Source: Octopus sinensis
Lineage: Eukaryota
DNA length: 64,000 nt
NCBI RefSeq assembly: GCF_006345805.1
Contig: NC_042998.1
Coordinates: forward strand, 18,972,001 to 19,036,000
Direction: 5' to 3'
Each line of letters opens with the position of its first letter. Within the stretch, counting starts at the first letter, position 1. This document shows, in pieces, positions 40,158 through 52,599 of the stretch. The position numbers were made by a program, and so were the translations under genes. A model generated the notes under the pieces. That model was not told where the DNA came from. It saw only the letters and a program-made list of their open reading frames with translations, and ran no database searches.

Positions 40158-40877
40158 GCGTTATTCTATCATGTCATCCTCGCAATTCCTGCAGCAGTCG
40201 ATTTGATGGAAGACATATACAAAACCTCTGCTACTGGACCAAAGCCATAACGTAGCCTTGCAAGTTTCATTACGAATGTACAATATTTAATTTTTCTCTC
40301 AATCGAAATACTTAACCTATCAAGATGTGACACATGTTAGGAGTTTCGTACAAATACGTCGACTCCATCCATAACTGACTTGTTTACAAACTGTCTAAAA
40401 CAAGTACGATGGCGTGATAAACATATTGATTTGACACAATGTAACATTAATACTTAATCCGAGTAGTTTTCCTACCAAAATTCAGTCTAAGTTTGCAGAA
40501 GATATATCTTGTTTATTTACCTGAATCGCATTGTTTGTTCATATTCAATAATAAAATCAGTTACGAAAATGATGGAATGTGTCATGTCGACTACATTAAA
40601 CTTTCTTGCACACTAGAAGCACATGTGTGTTTGTGCATGTGTATGTGAGGAATGCCTCATTTTTGATTGTTCATCGTTGAGAAAAGAATGTGCAAAACTG
40701 AAGGAAGGAATTCGAGCTTAATGTTATCGAGCATGAGAGTCGTTTGTAATAGCCCTTATCTCCACTTGACTGGATATGTTGATGAACTGAATAAATTGAT
40801 ATGCAACGGTTGTGGTTGGTGTCTACTAAGTAAGGCAGACCTTTGATATCATCAGTGATGCCATCGACAAAGGTAAA

Positions 40878-41275
40878 TCTATATATATAAAACTGTAGTT
40901 GTGTGAGTGTCTGTCTCCTACGATTTAGATTCCTAACTACTCCCACATTTTGCGGTGCAGTTTAACCAAAACCGGGTATCTTATAGTCGTGATTCATATC
41001 GAGCCCTTCTGGGTATTAGTGCGCGTCTACGATGAGTCTACGATTAAAAAAAAATTTACCATTATTTGTTTGCATTTTAATGCATTTTTTCGCTATTATA
41101 TAAGGGAAGTGACTCTCTAAAAATGTCTACGATGAGTCAACGATTTAAAAAAAAAATTACCATCATTTATTTTCCATTTTAATGCATTTTTTGCTATTTT
41201 TGGCTATAACTCTCTAAAAAGGCTTATATAGTTATTTCCCTTACAAACCCGAGCAACGCCGGGCGATACTGCTAG
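40878..41275 (+). mobile_element. Non-autonomous Helitron, copy 2
   Basis: A|TC start; hairpin cccgagcaacgccggg (41248-41263); CTAG|T end; highly similar to 24980-25353. Confidence 0.9.
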
Positions 41276-41499
41276 TTATTAATAAAGCATTGTAAGGCAT
41301 TTCCAATAACGGAGGGTGTGAAAAAGAACCTGCAACATGAGGTGTACTGAAACGCTATATGTGGCTTCATCTAATTAATTCTAAAACACCTACTGTAAGA
41401 GAAACGTCAGATTGCACATCTGTGCAAGTGAGTGTATGTTCCTAGCAGAATTAATATATGGCTGCACAACCTCGACTCTATATCATCAAGACATCCAAA

Positions 41500-41985
41500 A
41501 ATTATAACACTTCACCAACAATAGCTCTGTTCAAATTTGAGCATGAAAGGGGAACACTATATGACAAACAATAAAGTCCTGAACAGAGCCAACATTCAAA
41601 ATATCGAATTACTGATCGCGAAACACCATCTTCAATGGTCAGGACTTGTAGCATGATAAAGGAAGAATCAAGGGTCCATGAAACATTTGACACTGTAATT
41701 GAGCATAAATCCTTTGAAAGACCGTAAAAATTACACTGTTTCATCAACGTCGGACCCAAAATACTTTGAAGCCAACAGAGGAGGAAAGGAAGAAATCAAA
41801 GGGTAGGACAGAAAAGCTCCACAAAGTTAAACTCGTCCGCCACCAACATTACCATGTAGTCAGCGCCATCGACTCTTTTCTGCAGGAATTTGTCTACAGA
41901 GCCATCATCGGCCCCACCATAAAGGAAACATTCAGCAAAGTAGAAAATTAGCTCTCTCGGATACGAAACAAAACCGGTGACTATA
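41500..41985 (+). mobile_element. Old RTE-clade LINE 3' fragment
   Basis: ..TNNKVLNRANIQNIELLIAKHHLQWSG.. resembles the RTE TN.EVL.RA....IE..L....LRW.GH motif; heavily frameshifted. Confidence 0.55.
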
Positions 41986-41988
41986 TAT

Positions 41989-42020
<32 letters not shown>

Positions 42021-42029
<9 letters not shown>

Positions 42030-42698
42030 TTATATATGAGGATAATATCGATATTTAAGTGTCGAAATTATCAAGTGGCCAGCATGAAAGAAATACCTTA
42101 CAAAGGTAAAAAAAAATTTTTAACAATTAAAAATGAGGGTGTCTAAAAGACACCAACATGCCGAAATAGCAGTCGAAACAGTGACTATAGTACCACGTTA
42201 AATGTTCATATCGCACCATGAGGTAAAGCGGAGGGACAAAACATACAAGCAAAAATTATTGAATAATTCAAGATCCAAGGATTTCTGGTTCTGCTTTAGA
42301 TAAGCTTTACCGTCATCAATTGAATATATCAAGGGTACATAAATACAGATATATATATGCACAGCAAACGATATATTTACATATACGAGCGTCGCACATA
42401 CATACATATGCACGTATGGACACAGCCAGTCTGAATCGCCCGCCAAATCACCGCATAAGTACGATATGGTTAAAATAAGCACCGCAGTGAATATAAAAAC
42501 GAATTATATAAATTTATATATGAGGATAATATCGATATTTAAGTGTCGAAATTATCAAGTGGCCAGCATGAAAGAAATACCTTACAAAGGTAAAAAAAAA
42601 TTTTAACAATTAAAAATGAGGGTGTCTAAAAGACACCAACATGCCGAAATAGCAGTCGAAACACTGACTATAGTACCACGTTAAATGTTCATATCGCA
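42021..42698. repeat. ~195-bp direct repeat pair (42021-42215 and 42505-42698)
   Basis: The two copies differ by one substitution and one 1-nt indel; 289-bp spacer. Confidence 0.92.
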
Positions 42699-42699
42699 A

Positions 42700-43095
42700 T
42701 AATCAATAGTAACAAAGGGTAAAATTAATTAATTAAGAAGTAATCAATAATTTCACCAAGTAGAATTCGGCATGAAAAAAAAGGAGCATTTCATGGTAAA
42801 CTTAAGTAATACTTAATAAATAGGGTTCAACAAAGATTTGCTATACCACATACCGAAGTTTAGAAATAGCAGCCAAAAACCGTTAGCTATTTCTTCTACT
42901 TTAAAAAGGGACTCCTAGAAAGACCAAAATAATTGAAAACAATCCACACAGGCAGAGAGGAAAAGTAACGAAAATCAATCAATATCTGGTCACCTATGGA
43001 CGAGCGTTTCGGAATTAGATTGGAATAAAGAATATAGAATTATACTTTACCAACCTCATCAGCATAGGACTCTGGCAATAATTAAATATTGAAAT
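42700..43095 (-). mobile_element. ORF-less hammerhead-bearing repeat, copy 2
   Basis: Reverse-complement homolog of 11590-11965. Confidence 0.75.
42993..43068 (-). ncRNA. Type I hammerhead ribozyme, apparently intact
   Basis: - strand: CCTATG-CTGATGA-GG...CC-GAAAC-GCTC-GTC-CATAGG; 6-bp stem I, canonical core, stem II closed by G-C pairs with a long AT-rich extension, GUC triplet at 43001-42999. Confidence 0.88.
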
Positions 43096-43107
43096 GAATA
43101 TATATAT

Positions 43108-43171
<64 letters not shown>

Positions 43172-43875
43172 ATATATATATACATACCATGTTCTGCAAC
43201 GGTAAATGGTTTTTTACCTTAAAAATGTTTAATAATCAATTGGCGTTAAAGGAAACAGGTTGAATTGTTTTCAGGTAAATCATAAATCACTTGCCAGAAA
43301 CATGAATTATCGAACGTCTCTGTTATAATACTCAATTTTTGTCAATCACTCTCACTTTTTCGAAGGAATTGTTCCTATTAAGATGACGGTGTCTGGCTAA
43401 GTTTCTACGATTGATGCGGTAACGATGTGTAGCTGATAAATGTTGCTGAAAACCTATCTACCTTTACAGGTGGTATTCACTTTCCGTTGGTTCGAACACG
43501 CTTGGCGAAATCGGTGACAATTTTTCTCATGTATAATAACAATGAAGTAATATATCAATTGCAAATAAATTTCCATGCAATTGAAACATTTCAAGTATGT
43601 ATTGAATTGTCATTATTCATCTTCATTTATAATATCTCCACATCCTGACATATGCAACTAATGTTGTTAGAGTGATTGAAGCTTCGGAATATCTGATAGC
43701 ACTAAATAAGTTTCGATGACATTAATTAATTATAGGAGTAGCTGAATATTTCTTATTATTCTGACAGTGTACGCCGCAAACCAATTAGACACTGGCCGCT
43801 ACGGAACTATTAATCAAGAGATCATTAAGCACCAAGACAAATAATACATTGATTCCATATCATTATATCTATCTT

Positions 43876-43928
<53 letters not shown>

Positions 43929-43943
43929 ATATATATATATATA

Positions 43944-43990
<47 letters not shown>

Positions 43991-44084
43991 ATATATATAC
44001 ATACATATATATACATATATATATATACATACATATATATACATATATATACATATATATACATACATATATATACATATATAT

Positions 44085-44126
<42 letters not shown>

Positions 44127-44146
44127 CAGCATATATATAATATATA

Positions 44147-44312
44147 GGGAGAGTTTACGAAAAAATCAAAAGACGAACACAGGCGGTGTAGAAAATAAAC
44201 AGATGTATTAGTATAACGCTCAGGAATAGAAAAAGTCTTTTACGTTTCGAGCCTACGCTCTTCTACAGAAAGGATCACAGAAAAAACAAGAAGAGAAACA
44301 AGGAGAGAAAAA
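44147..44312 (-). mobile_element. Short Penelope pLTR-like repeat containing a minimal hammerhead-like motif
   Basis: Second copy at 44917-45037; both sit in (TA)n; motif CTTT-CTGTAGA-A-GAGCgtagGCTC-GAAAC-GTA-AAAG at 44272-44237. Confidence 0.6.
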
Positions 44313-44315
44313 ATA

Positions 44316-44375
<60 letters not shown>

Positions 44376-44720
44376 TGCTGATTTTTCCTAAACGGAAAGT
44401 GGAAATTATAAATAAGCGTGGCTTGCTCGCAATTCTACAACCGAAAAGCGGAAATATATACGTCACTAAATTGACCGAGGTCATTAGGGCTAGTATTTCT
44501 AGAAATAAGAGTTAAAACAACTCATAGCTGACTGAAGAGCTTATCTTAATGACTGACAAGACAGGCAAATCCCCTCAGTTCCTAGGCATAAGCAGATCAC
44601 GGTGATTTCGCAATTATATTAGTGCTTATCAGTGACTTTCACCTAGCGCCTGGGTTTAAACTAAACTCGCCTTGTCAGTTTATAACATATATATATATAT
44701 ACATACATACATACATATAT

Positions 44721-44752
<32 letters not shown>

Positions 44753-44799
44753 CATACATACATACATATATATTATATATATATATATATAATATATAT

Positions 44800-44830
<31 letters not shown>

Positions 44831-44846
44831 ACATATATATATATAC

Positions 44847-44920
<74 letters not shown>

Positions 44921-45231
44921 ATAGTTTACGAAAAAATCAAAAGACAAAGACAGGTGGTGTAGAAAACAAACAGATCTATTAGTATAACACTCAGGAATAG
45001 AAAAAGTCTTTTACGTTTCGAGCCTACGCTCTTCTACGATGATTTCATAAACGGTAACAGGAAAATTATAAATGATAAGGGTGGTTTGCTCGTAATTTTA
45101 CCACCGAAAGGCAGAAAAATATGTTCCTAAAATCACTCAGGGCACTAGTTAGGACACAGTATTTCTAGAAATAAGAGTTAAAACAACTCGTAACCCCAAG
45201 AGCTTGGCTCCCTTGTCAGTCATTAAGGTAA

Positions 45232-45665
45232 GTACTTCTTGTGGACATTGCAATTCTCTTTCTCAGTGAAACCTTTTTAGGTTTGCTCATGCTACGTCTT
45301 TGCTTTTTGTAGGTCGTGTTTTTCACAGAGCTCCCAACGGATCGTCGTTGCCACATTGTCATGGCGTGTTTTGTATTCGCGTTGTGCCAATTTCGGGCAT
45401 TCACTAACAATGTCGCATACCATTTTACCTCTCTCACCAGACATTCTGCATTAGTCGCTGTCGGTAGTGTGTCTATTCTGAACTGTACATAGTTGGCCCA
45501 TAACGCTTGCTCTTGAGTCCAGCATACAAGTGCCCCTGTCTCTATCTTCAGGTCACTCATCCTCATCCATAGCCACAGGTCTTCTGTATCTGTCTTGGTG
45601 TTCGTATTTCTTGGAAACTGTTCGTACAATTTTCTTCTTCCCGTGATGTTTCTTTTTTTGTTCTT
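45232..45665 (-). mobile_element. R4/Dong-type retrotransposon internal fragment (RT C-terminus to CCHC)
   Basis: WLWMRMSDLKIETGALVCWTQEQAL..NYV.FRID, then after a frameshift CRMSGE...IVSECPKLAQREYKTRHDNVA..I.WELC. Confidence 0.85.
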
Positions 45666-45684
45666 TTCCGCATTATTATTATTA

Positions 45685-45724
<40 letters not shown>

Positions 45725-45753
45725 TATTATTATTATTATTATCATTATTATTA

Positions 45754-45807
<54 letters not shown>

Positions 45808-46232
45808 GCGTGGGGGAGAGCAGTGCATGCCATCAAAGTAACACTGGGGTAAAATATACGAAGCCCAGTATAACTACCTGTTTCATAATTGAACACCAGG
45901 CACATGCATCACAACCATATGTGCGCGACATCGTGATCTCATATTAAGCACATGACTTTGCAGGTGAGGCCGAGTTAGAATTTTCTTCTAGTCGAGTAAC
46001 CCATCCCGCTCAAAAAGACCCTGAATAATGGTTGTTTAAGGATGTTGAACGAAATACCCATGTTTCCAGAGGTGAATTATTCAAACCCCAAAGAATCCCT
46101 CTCAACACATGGCTATGATGCTCCCATACTACTTCTACTCATGATCAGAGATGCACATATCGTCAGCCACTAAGGGACATGCTCAAACAACTGACAAGCA
46201 AATCTGTAGTACTGAGCAGAATATTTGCTGTA
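45808..46232 (-). mobile_element. (AAT)n-embedded ~480-bp repeat, copy 2
   Basis: Reverse-complement homolog of 59240-59685; ATT tracts on both sides. Confidence 0.85.
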
Positions 46233-46383
46233 GCAAATATTATCATTATTATTATTATCATTATTATTATTATTATTTTATCTGTATTAAAGTCTTTGTG
46301 GGAGCTTCTGGAGTCTTGCATGCGTAGCGGGCTTACAACCTGCAGCCTACGGTAATACTTTCCTAAATATTCCGATTACTATT

Positions 46384-46384
<1 letters not shown>

Positions 46385-46415
<31 letters not shown>

Positions 46416-46522
46416 CATTAGCAGTAGTAGTAGTAGTAATAGTAGCAGTAGTAGTAGTAGCAGTTGTAGTGGTAGTACTAGCAGGAGTAGTAGTAGTAGT
46501 AGTAGTTAGTAGTAGTAGTAGT

Positions 46523-46560
<38 letters not shown>

Positions 46561-46561
46561 T

Positions 46562-46640
<79 letters not shown>

Positions 46641-46670
46641 TTAGTAGTAGTAGTAGTAGTAGTAGTAGTA
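46385..46670. repeat. Compound (CAT)n/(AGT)n/(AGC)n microsatellite
   Basis: Trinucleotide runs explain the poly-V/S/A ORF 46469..46771. Confidence 0.95.
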
Positions 46671-47640
46671 ATGCAGTATATACTGCGATGTGGTTATTAC
46701 TTATATGCTTCAGTACTTATATTTTCCCCTTTTCACTTTTTTGTACATGCTCTTATGCTAGCGGCAAATAGAAGTAATTGGCTTCTCCAGCTATATCAGT
46801 ATGAATGTAGGATTCTTGACACTAGTAGATTGATGTATTATATGCAATCCTCCAGTGACCACCTTATACAGTATTGATTTTGTACTCATTCAATAAGGGA
46901 CTGACCAATTGCTTCTGCGTGCTATCGCGATCTGTTAATAGAATGTTACCTTCAATTAATATTATTTCGTTAACGTGAACGCTAAGACATTATAATACGG
47001 TAGAAATGTTATATAATAATAGGATGCATTCATGAGTGCATGTACGAAGTGAGTGTTGAGCTTGAGCTTTTGTCTTGTAAGTACCATAAGAGAATGATGC
47101 GTCGAAATTTAGTAATACAATTTATTGTAAACCAATTTTATGCAAAGATTCAGCGCATATTTAGTGCAGTCACATTGCGATGAAGAATTACGGCCAGCAT
47201 CAGAGTAATTGATAGCATCCTTTCAACCGAAGCCTTAGAATGAAATTGATGGATGTGGTCATTATAATTAATTCGGCTCCTTAAACTCGAGAATTAATTA
47301 GTACAATCCACAGCGGTAGCAGCATGAAATCTCAGAATTTATTAAAAACAAAGAAGCGCGATTTCTTCTCTATATTCTAAGCAAAAGTAGATGGATGTGT
47401 GAATATTTTTCGTTCGTACATTAAGATACAAAGATAATGATGAAATCACATATATATTCTGAACAGAAACACACGGAGCGAGGCGTAAATCGGAAATGTG
47501 ATTCGGGAAAATAGACTTCAGAATATCTATAATATGTAACGATAAAGAAAATCTGAAATGATTAAGCTGCTGTAAGCGTATGAAAATCCCTTTTGGAATC
47601 TGGAAAGTGTATTATTAATTTCAACGGACGAAAATTTGAT

Positions 47641-47828
47641 ATTCATATTATAATTTTAAGTGCAATCTTGCATGCGAGAATATTTCGTAGTCTTAAGTAC
47701 CGGTGGCATTTTATAGATTATATACACTTACAATTTAATATTAATATTATGATTTTAAGTGCAATTTTGTGATGCGGGAATGTTTCGTGGTCTTAAGTAC
47801 CGGTGGCAGTTCATAGATAATATATACT
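47641..47828. repeat. ~100-bp period tandem duplication, diverged
   Basis: 47641-47728 and 47741-47828 share ttttaagtgcaat and gtcttaagtaccggtggca. Confidence 0.8.
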
Positions 47829-47849
47829 GAAATTATTGTTGGATCTAAG

Positions 47850-48040
47850 ATGATGAGCTTGCAGAATCATTAGCACTCCGGATAAAATGCTTTTCGTCCG
47901 TATTATGCCACCAGGGCCGGATTTGCCTTTTATTATTTAGGTATCGATAAAATAAGTACTAGTTGAGTACTAAGGTCGATGTAATCGACTTAACCCCTCC
48001 TTGAAATTCCTGGCCCTGTGCCCAAATTTGAAACCACTAT
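47850..48040 (+). mobile_element. tRNA-derived SINE, internally deleted
   Basis: gagcttgcagaatcattagcac...tcgataaaataagtac...gtcgatgtaatcgact, same family as 36302. Confidence 0.7.
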
Positions 48041-50038
48041 TAGTGTTGGGTCAATGTATATATAATTATCACACCAGAAATTGGTTGACATTATCATCGG
48101 TTGATCCTGTACCTGGTAATTTAGAAGCTCAGGCAAATGAACTACATATTAAGTATGAAGACGTTTTTGATATTATTATTAGTAGTATTATTATTATTAT
48201 TTTCATCGTTAATAATATTATTATTATTAGTATTATTATTATTATCATCGTTAATATTATTATTATTATTATTAATATTATTATTATTATCATTATTATT
48301 ATTATTATTCCGGCCTCTGCCTAGAATCGAACTCAGAATCTTAACCACTGTACCACATGCCGTGAATTTCGTTATCGGTAAATACAGACATACAGAGAAA
48401 ACTCGACAATTAACCATTTTTTATATATTGTAAAATCACACGTAAACGACACACAGACAGATTAGTGACTGCTTTAACGCGCGCGCGAGTGTGCGTAAGC
48501 GTGTGTCTGTAAATCACAGAGAAACAGATAGGCAGAGAGAGATAGACAGAAATAGACAGACAAAGATGAAAGAAAGATAGCAGACGAAAGAGAGAGAGAG
48601 AAAAAAATATTTGTGTTTCATAATGTTTACATGCTTTGAATGAATAGTTGAATCATTAAATCATTCAAAAAGTCACATACGAAATGTTCTCTGTAGTTTG
48701 CACTTAAAGTTATTATACAGACGGCTGCAAAATGTTTAATGTATAAGCGAACATCAGTTGGAAAATAAAACTTCTGTTATGTTTTTTTCCAGCAGTCAAG
48801 GTCTATACTTTAGTGATCACGAATTTTCATAAATGATAATGTACGTTTTAAAAACATTGATAAATGATATGTACATTTTAAAAACTAGAGTTTAATTTGA
48901 GGAAGAATTGACTGCTTTGTCTGGAAGTTTTTTGCCAATTAATTCCAACCACTATACAACACAGAAGTGTGTAAGAGAAGTTACTTTGCAAACCACGATT
49001 CCAGCATTATCTACAAATTTAATTCCACATAGGGGCTCTAAATCACTAAGATACATCTTCGATGCAAATGAGGTTCAAACAAATTAAACTCCTTCTAACC
49101 CCGTATGTATTGGGTTCGGCCGAAATAAAGAATTATTCTTATAGTGATTTTAACTGCTAATAGCATCCAAACGCTCTCTATTTTCATTTACCTTAACTTT
49201 TTCGAATCCTGAAATGACATGAATACCGATAGTCTTCCGTGTTGGTATTTTTTATAATTATTGTTTAATTGGAGCAAATATAATATACATATGAACCTGT
49301 AATGGGTAGAATTCTCAAAGTCTTTTTAATCTACTGTATTTTTATAAACTAGAGGATTAAGATCACAGCTGATGGCGCTTTTCAAGATCTGTGAGACCGG
49401 TAAGATTATTGATATCAATTGTTTTCACAGGGTGATCTGGCTTCGAATGCTTAGGGGAGAGAGACTCTGCAAACCGGAACGGATGTGTGATCAAACGAGA
49501 TTGCTCAGCCGCATGAATTTCCTTCCAACTGTCTTGAATATCATGCTTTTAATTACATATGTTTGAAAGACCCGGTGCCGCAATGGAATTATTTTGTCAC
49601 ATCTGCCAGCCGTAGCTAGTCCGAAATTTCAGAGAAACAGTACCATATTGAACATAAATACAGAAGTAAAAGTTATACAGGATATTGACTCATGTCTCTC
49701 AACTAAATTATTTCCAAATCTCTTAATATAGTTCCTTCTTAAACAGTTTAACTGTAAGTCAGCATCATATGAGCAAACGTATTACGTAAGGGGATTGTGA
49801 ATTTCATCATTCTATCTTTTAACATATGCACTGCAAGAACGTGGCCTCTGACTTTCGGGAGTTTTATCTGTTATTTAATAGTAGGTCACGTAATCAAGTA
49901 TACTCCTCTTTACAAATAGACAATGCGTCAGAATCTTGCTGGATATTTTCGCTTGGTTATCTAAGGCTTTCTTCAACTAATACACACATATACATTTATG
50001 ATGATTGAAGAAACGTTTAGATAATTGTAGGAATATAT

Positions 50039-50132
<94 letters not shown>

Positions 50133-51799
50133 AGTGTGTGTGAAGGTATCAGCGTCGAACAGCCACGTTAGACAACCCAAACCAATGATTTGTTTTCAGG
50201 AAAATATTTGTGGAAACGTTTACCTCAATCTTCAATGACCAACATATGTCATGAAACTTTCGCTATGTCACCTCTTATAAAATACCAGTATCTTATTTCA
50301 TATTTCTCCGAAAACATAGGATTCAGTGACTTAAAAGCTCACTAGCAATTTGAATCATATATTTACCCCATTCCGCTGTCGCAAAAATCGAATCATTAGT
50401 AATCTTTTCTCTTTTCATCAGTTTGCTTCCTCCCCAAAATCATTCCCGACGATAGTAAAAGTTTCCACATTCACGCGAGCTCTCGATGATCTTCCGAGAT
50501 CACGAAATCCGCTCTGCCCTAATGAAAAATATTTTTCTATTGTTCTAAAAGGCGATAGATGCCATCATTATAAGAACATGGAGCAGGATTCGAAAATTTT
50601 GATTTCATCATTCACTACAAACAACTTAGCTTTTAAACATACTGTTACATTAATTACGAAAACCAAATCAATATCAGAATCTACAATACAGATTATAATT
50701 ATCCCAGATTATTGAGTGAGTAACCTTGTATAGATGTTACAAATAATTATATAACTAATGCTGGAGAGTTAAAAATGGTACAACATCGTCCATTTTCAAC
50801 CGAAGAAAATATAGAATCATTTCTATTTTATTCGTATTTCATATTAATATTCTAATTTTAAAAAGCGTGCGTATACATTTACGTATGGGAAAATGCATAA
50901 GATAAAAGTTGTATGAAGAGGGTTCAAAGAGTTGGGAATAGTCCTCTTCATGATACAAAATGTAATTATGAGACTTGCTTTCAGTATCATTTTCACGTAC
51001 ATCAGCACCAGTATCTTTGTTTGAAGTTGTACAGTTACGTGTAAGCTTAAATGCCAATTATTAGACTAAACATCTGAAGTAGTGCGCTCCACATCTCTAA
51101 ATATGTTTCATATTAATTAAGTGTGCTTCAGAATTTCAAACGACCTTTCCAAGATAATGTGAGAGTAAAATGAATTCAGATTTGTACAAACTGTATAAAT
51201 TAAAATGCCTATGTAATTCTTAAGTTTTCAAACGCTAGCAGTATGCAACATATGAAATATCAGTCCGGTTTGTGCAAATCCATTAGGGAATCATTGGTCA
51301 CGAAGCGAGCTGATAATGTACTGCTTTGTTATCGCCAGTTTGTTAATTTAATGAATTTCAAATTCACCGTAAACAGTCACAACAATATATAAAAAATACA
51401 AATTAATCTCGCTAATTGCTCAGAAGAAAAAATATAAATTGCGCTAAGTTCAGGAATTTCACCAAGGAAGATTTCATTAACGATTAATAGAAACTGAAAT
51501 TACCTGTCAATTTTTTGTTTTGCTCGTTTTCTTTTTTCATCAATCATGTACACATGATTTTAAAATATGAATAATATATTTTCAGATTTTGTTTACTGTG
51601 TGGAATTGTTTATCTCTAATATTAATTGCCAATAATAATTACGATAACATGATTTATTTATACACAAAACAATATGCAAATGGGTGGAATGAACTCAGAT
51701 TATGAGTACCGAACCGTACTAAAAATGTTACAATAACGAACTGATTTGAAATCAAAATGCTGCGGGGGTTAGGTTGCTTGTTGTTTTTAGGAAATATGA

Positions 51800-52062
51800 A
51801 GGCACGTAGCCTAGTGGCCAGTCTGTTGCACACATGATCGATAGATCGTGGTTTCGTTACCCCTGAGTGGTGGGCATGTTGTATACTTGAACAAAACACT
51901 TCATTTCACATAGCCCCAATCCCCCTTCACTCGGGTGGTATTCTTGGCCTACTTGCCTAGCCAATAAAGTGCATCATTCCAAAGCTAAAACAATGCAAAA
52001 GCGCATTGTGACCAACGATATGTGACAACAGCTGAGAGACCAGTCCGTCACGTGACCAGGTG
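51800..52062 (+). mobile_element. Diverged tRNA-derived SINE
   Basis: gtagcctagtgg, gtggtttcg, and 3' gcattgtgaccaacgat...gtcacgtgaccaggtga, homologous to the 23722 family. Confidence 0.7.
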
Positions 52063-52353
52063 ATTTACTAAAATTTACTTATATAAGACAGAAGAAAGCA
52101 TCTTTCTTTTATTACTTTAATTGTTTCAGTCGTAGAAGTGCGAATACACTGGGGGAAAGCTTTCTGTCATTAAGGGGATGACATTTACCATATAGATTGA
52201 TTTTTAAAATAAGTCTACTACCGATTCGACCTGATTCTTTATTAGCAAACAGTCAAAGAAACCAACTCCGGTCTTCATTATATAGGAGATACAGATGAAA
52301 CACTCACACAACGAAGCATATTAATCCATATACATAAACATATATATATCTGC

Positions 52354-52384
<31 letters not shown>

Positions 52385-52511
52385 CGACACACAACTGTGT
52401 CTGTTATATTGTGAGTAACGGAGAAGAATACTCGCATAACCTAGTTAGAGTAACATGATTTATTTTGTGATGTCTTTGCAGCTTTATCAATAAAGTATAT
52501 ATATATACATA

Positions 52512-52595
<84 letters not shown>

Positions 52596-52599
52596 CAAA

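Noticed and set aside
48085-48170. VDPVPGNLEAQANELHIKYEDVF, vaguely like a Gypsy protease-RT linker
   Set aside because: Too short, and no catalytic motif.
49370-49552. 60-codon open frame on the - strand (HDIQDSWKEIH...DLEKRHQL) with a PFRF-like stretch
   Set aside because: No start codon or good acceptor, and no Gly-Lys-Arg amidation signal, so a neuropeptide reading is unsupported.
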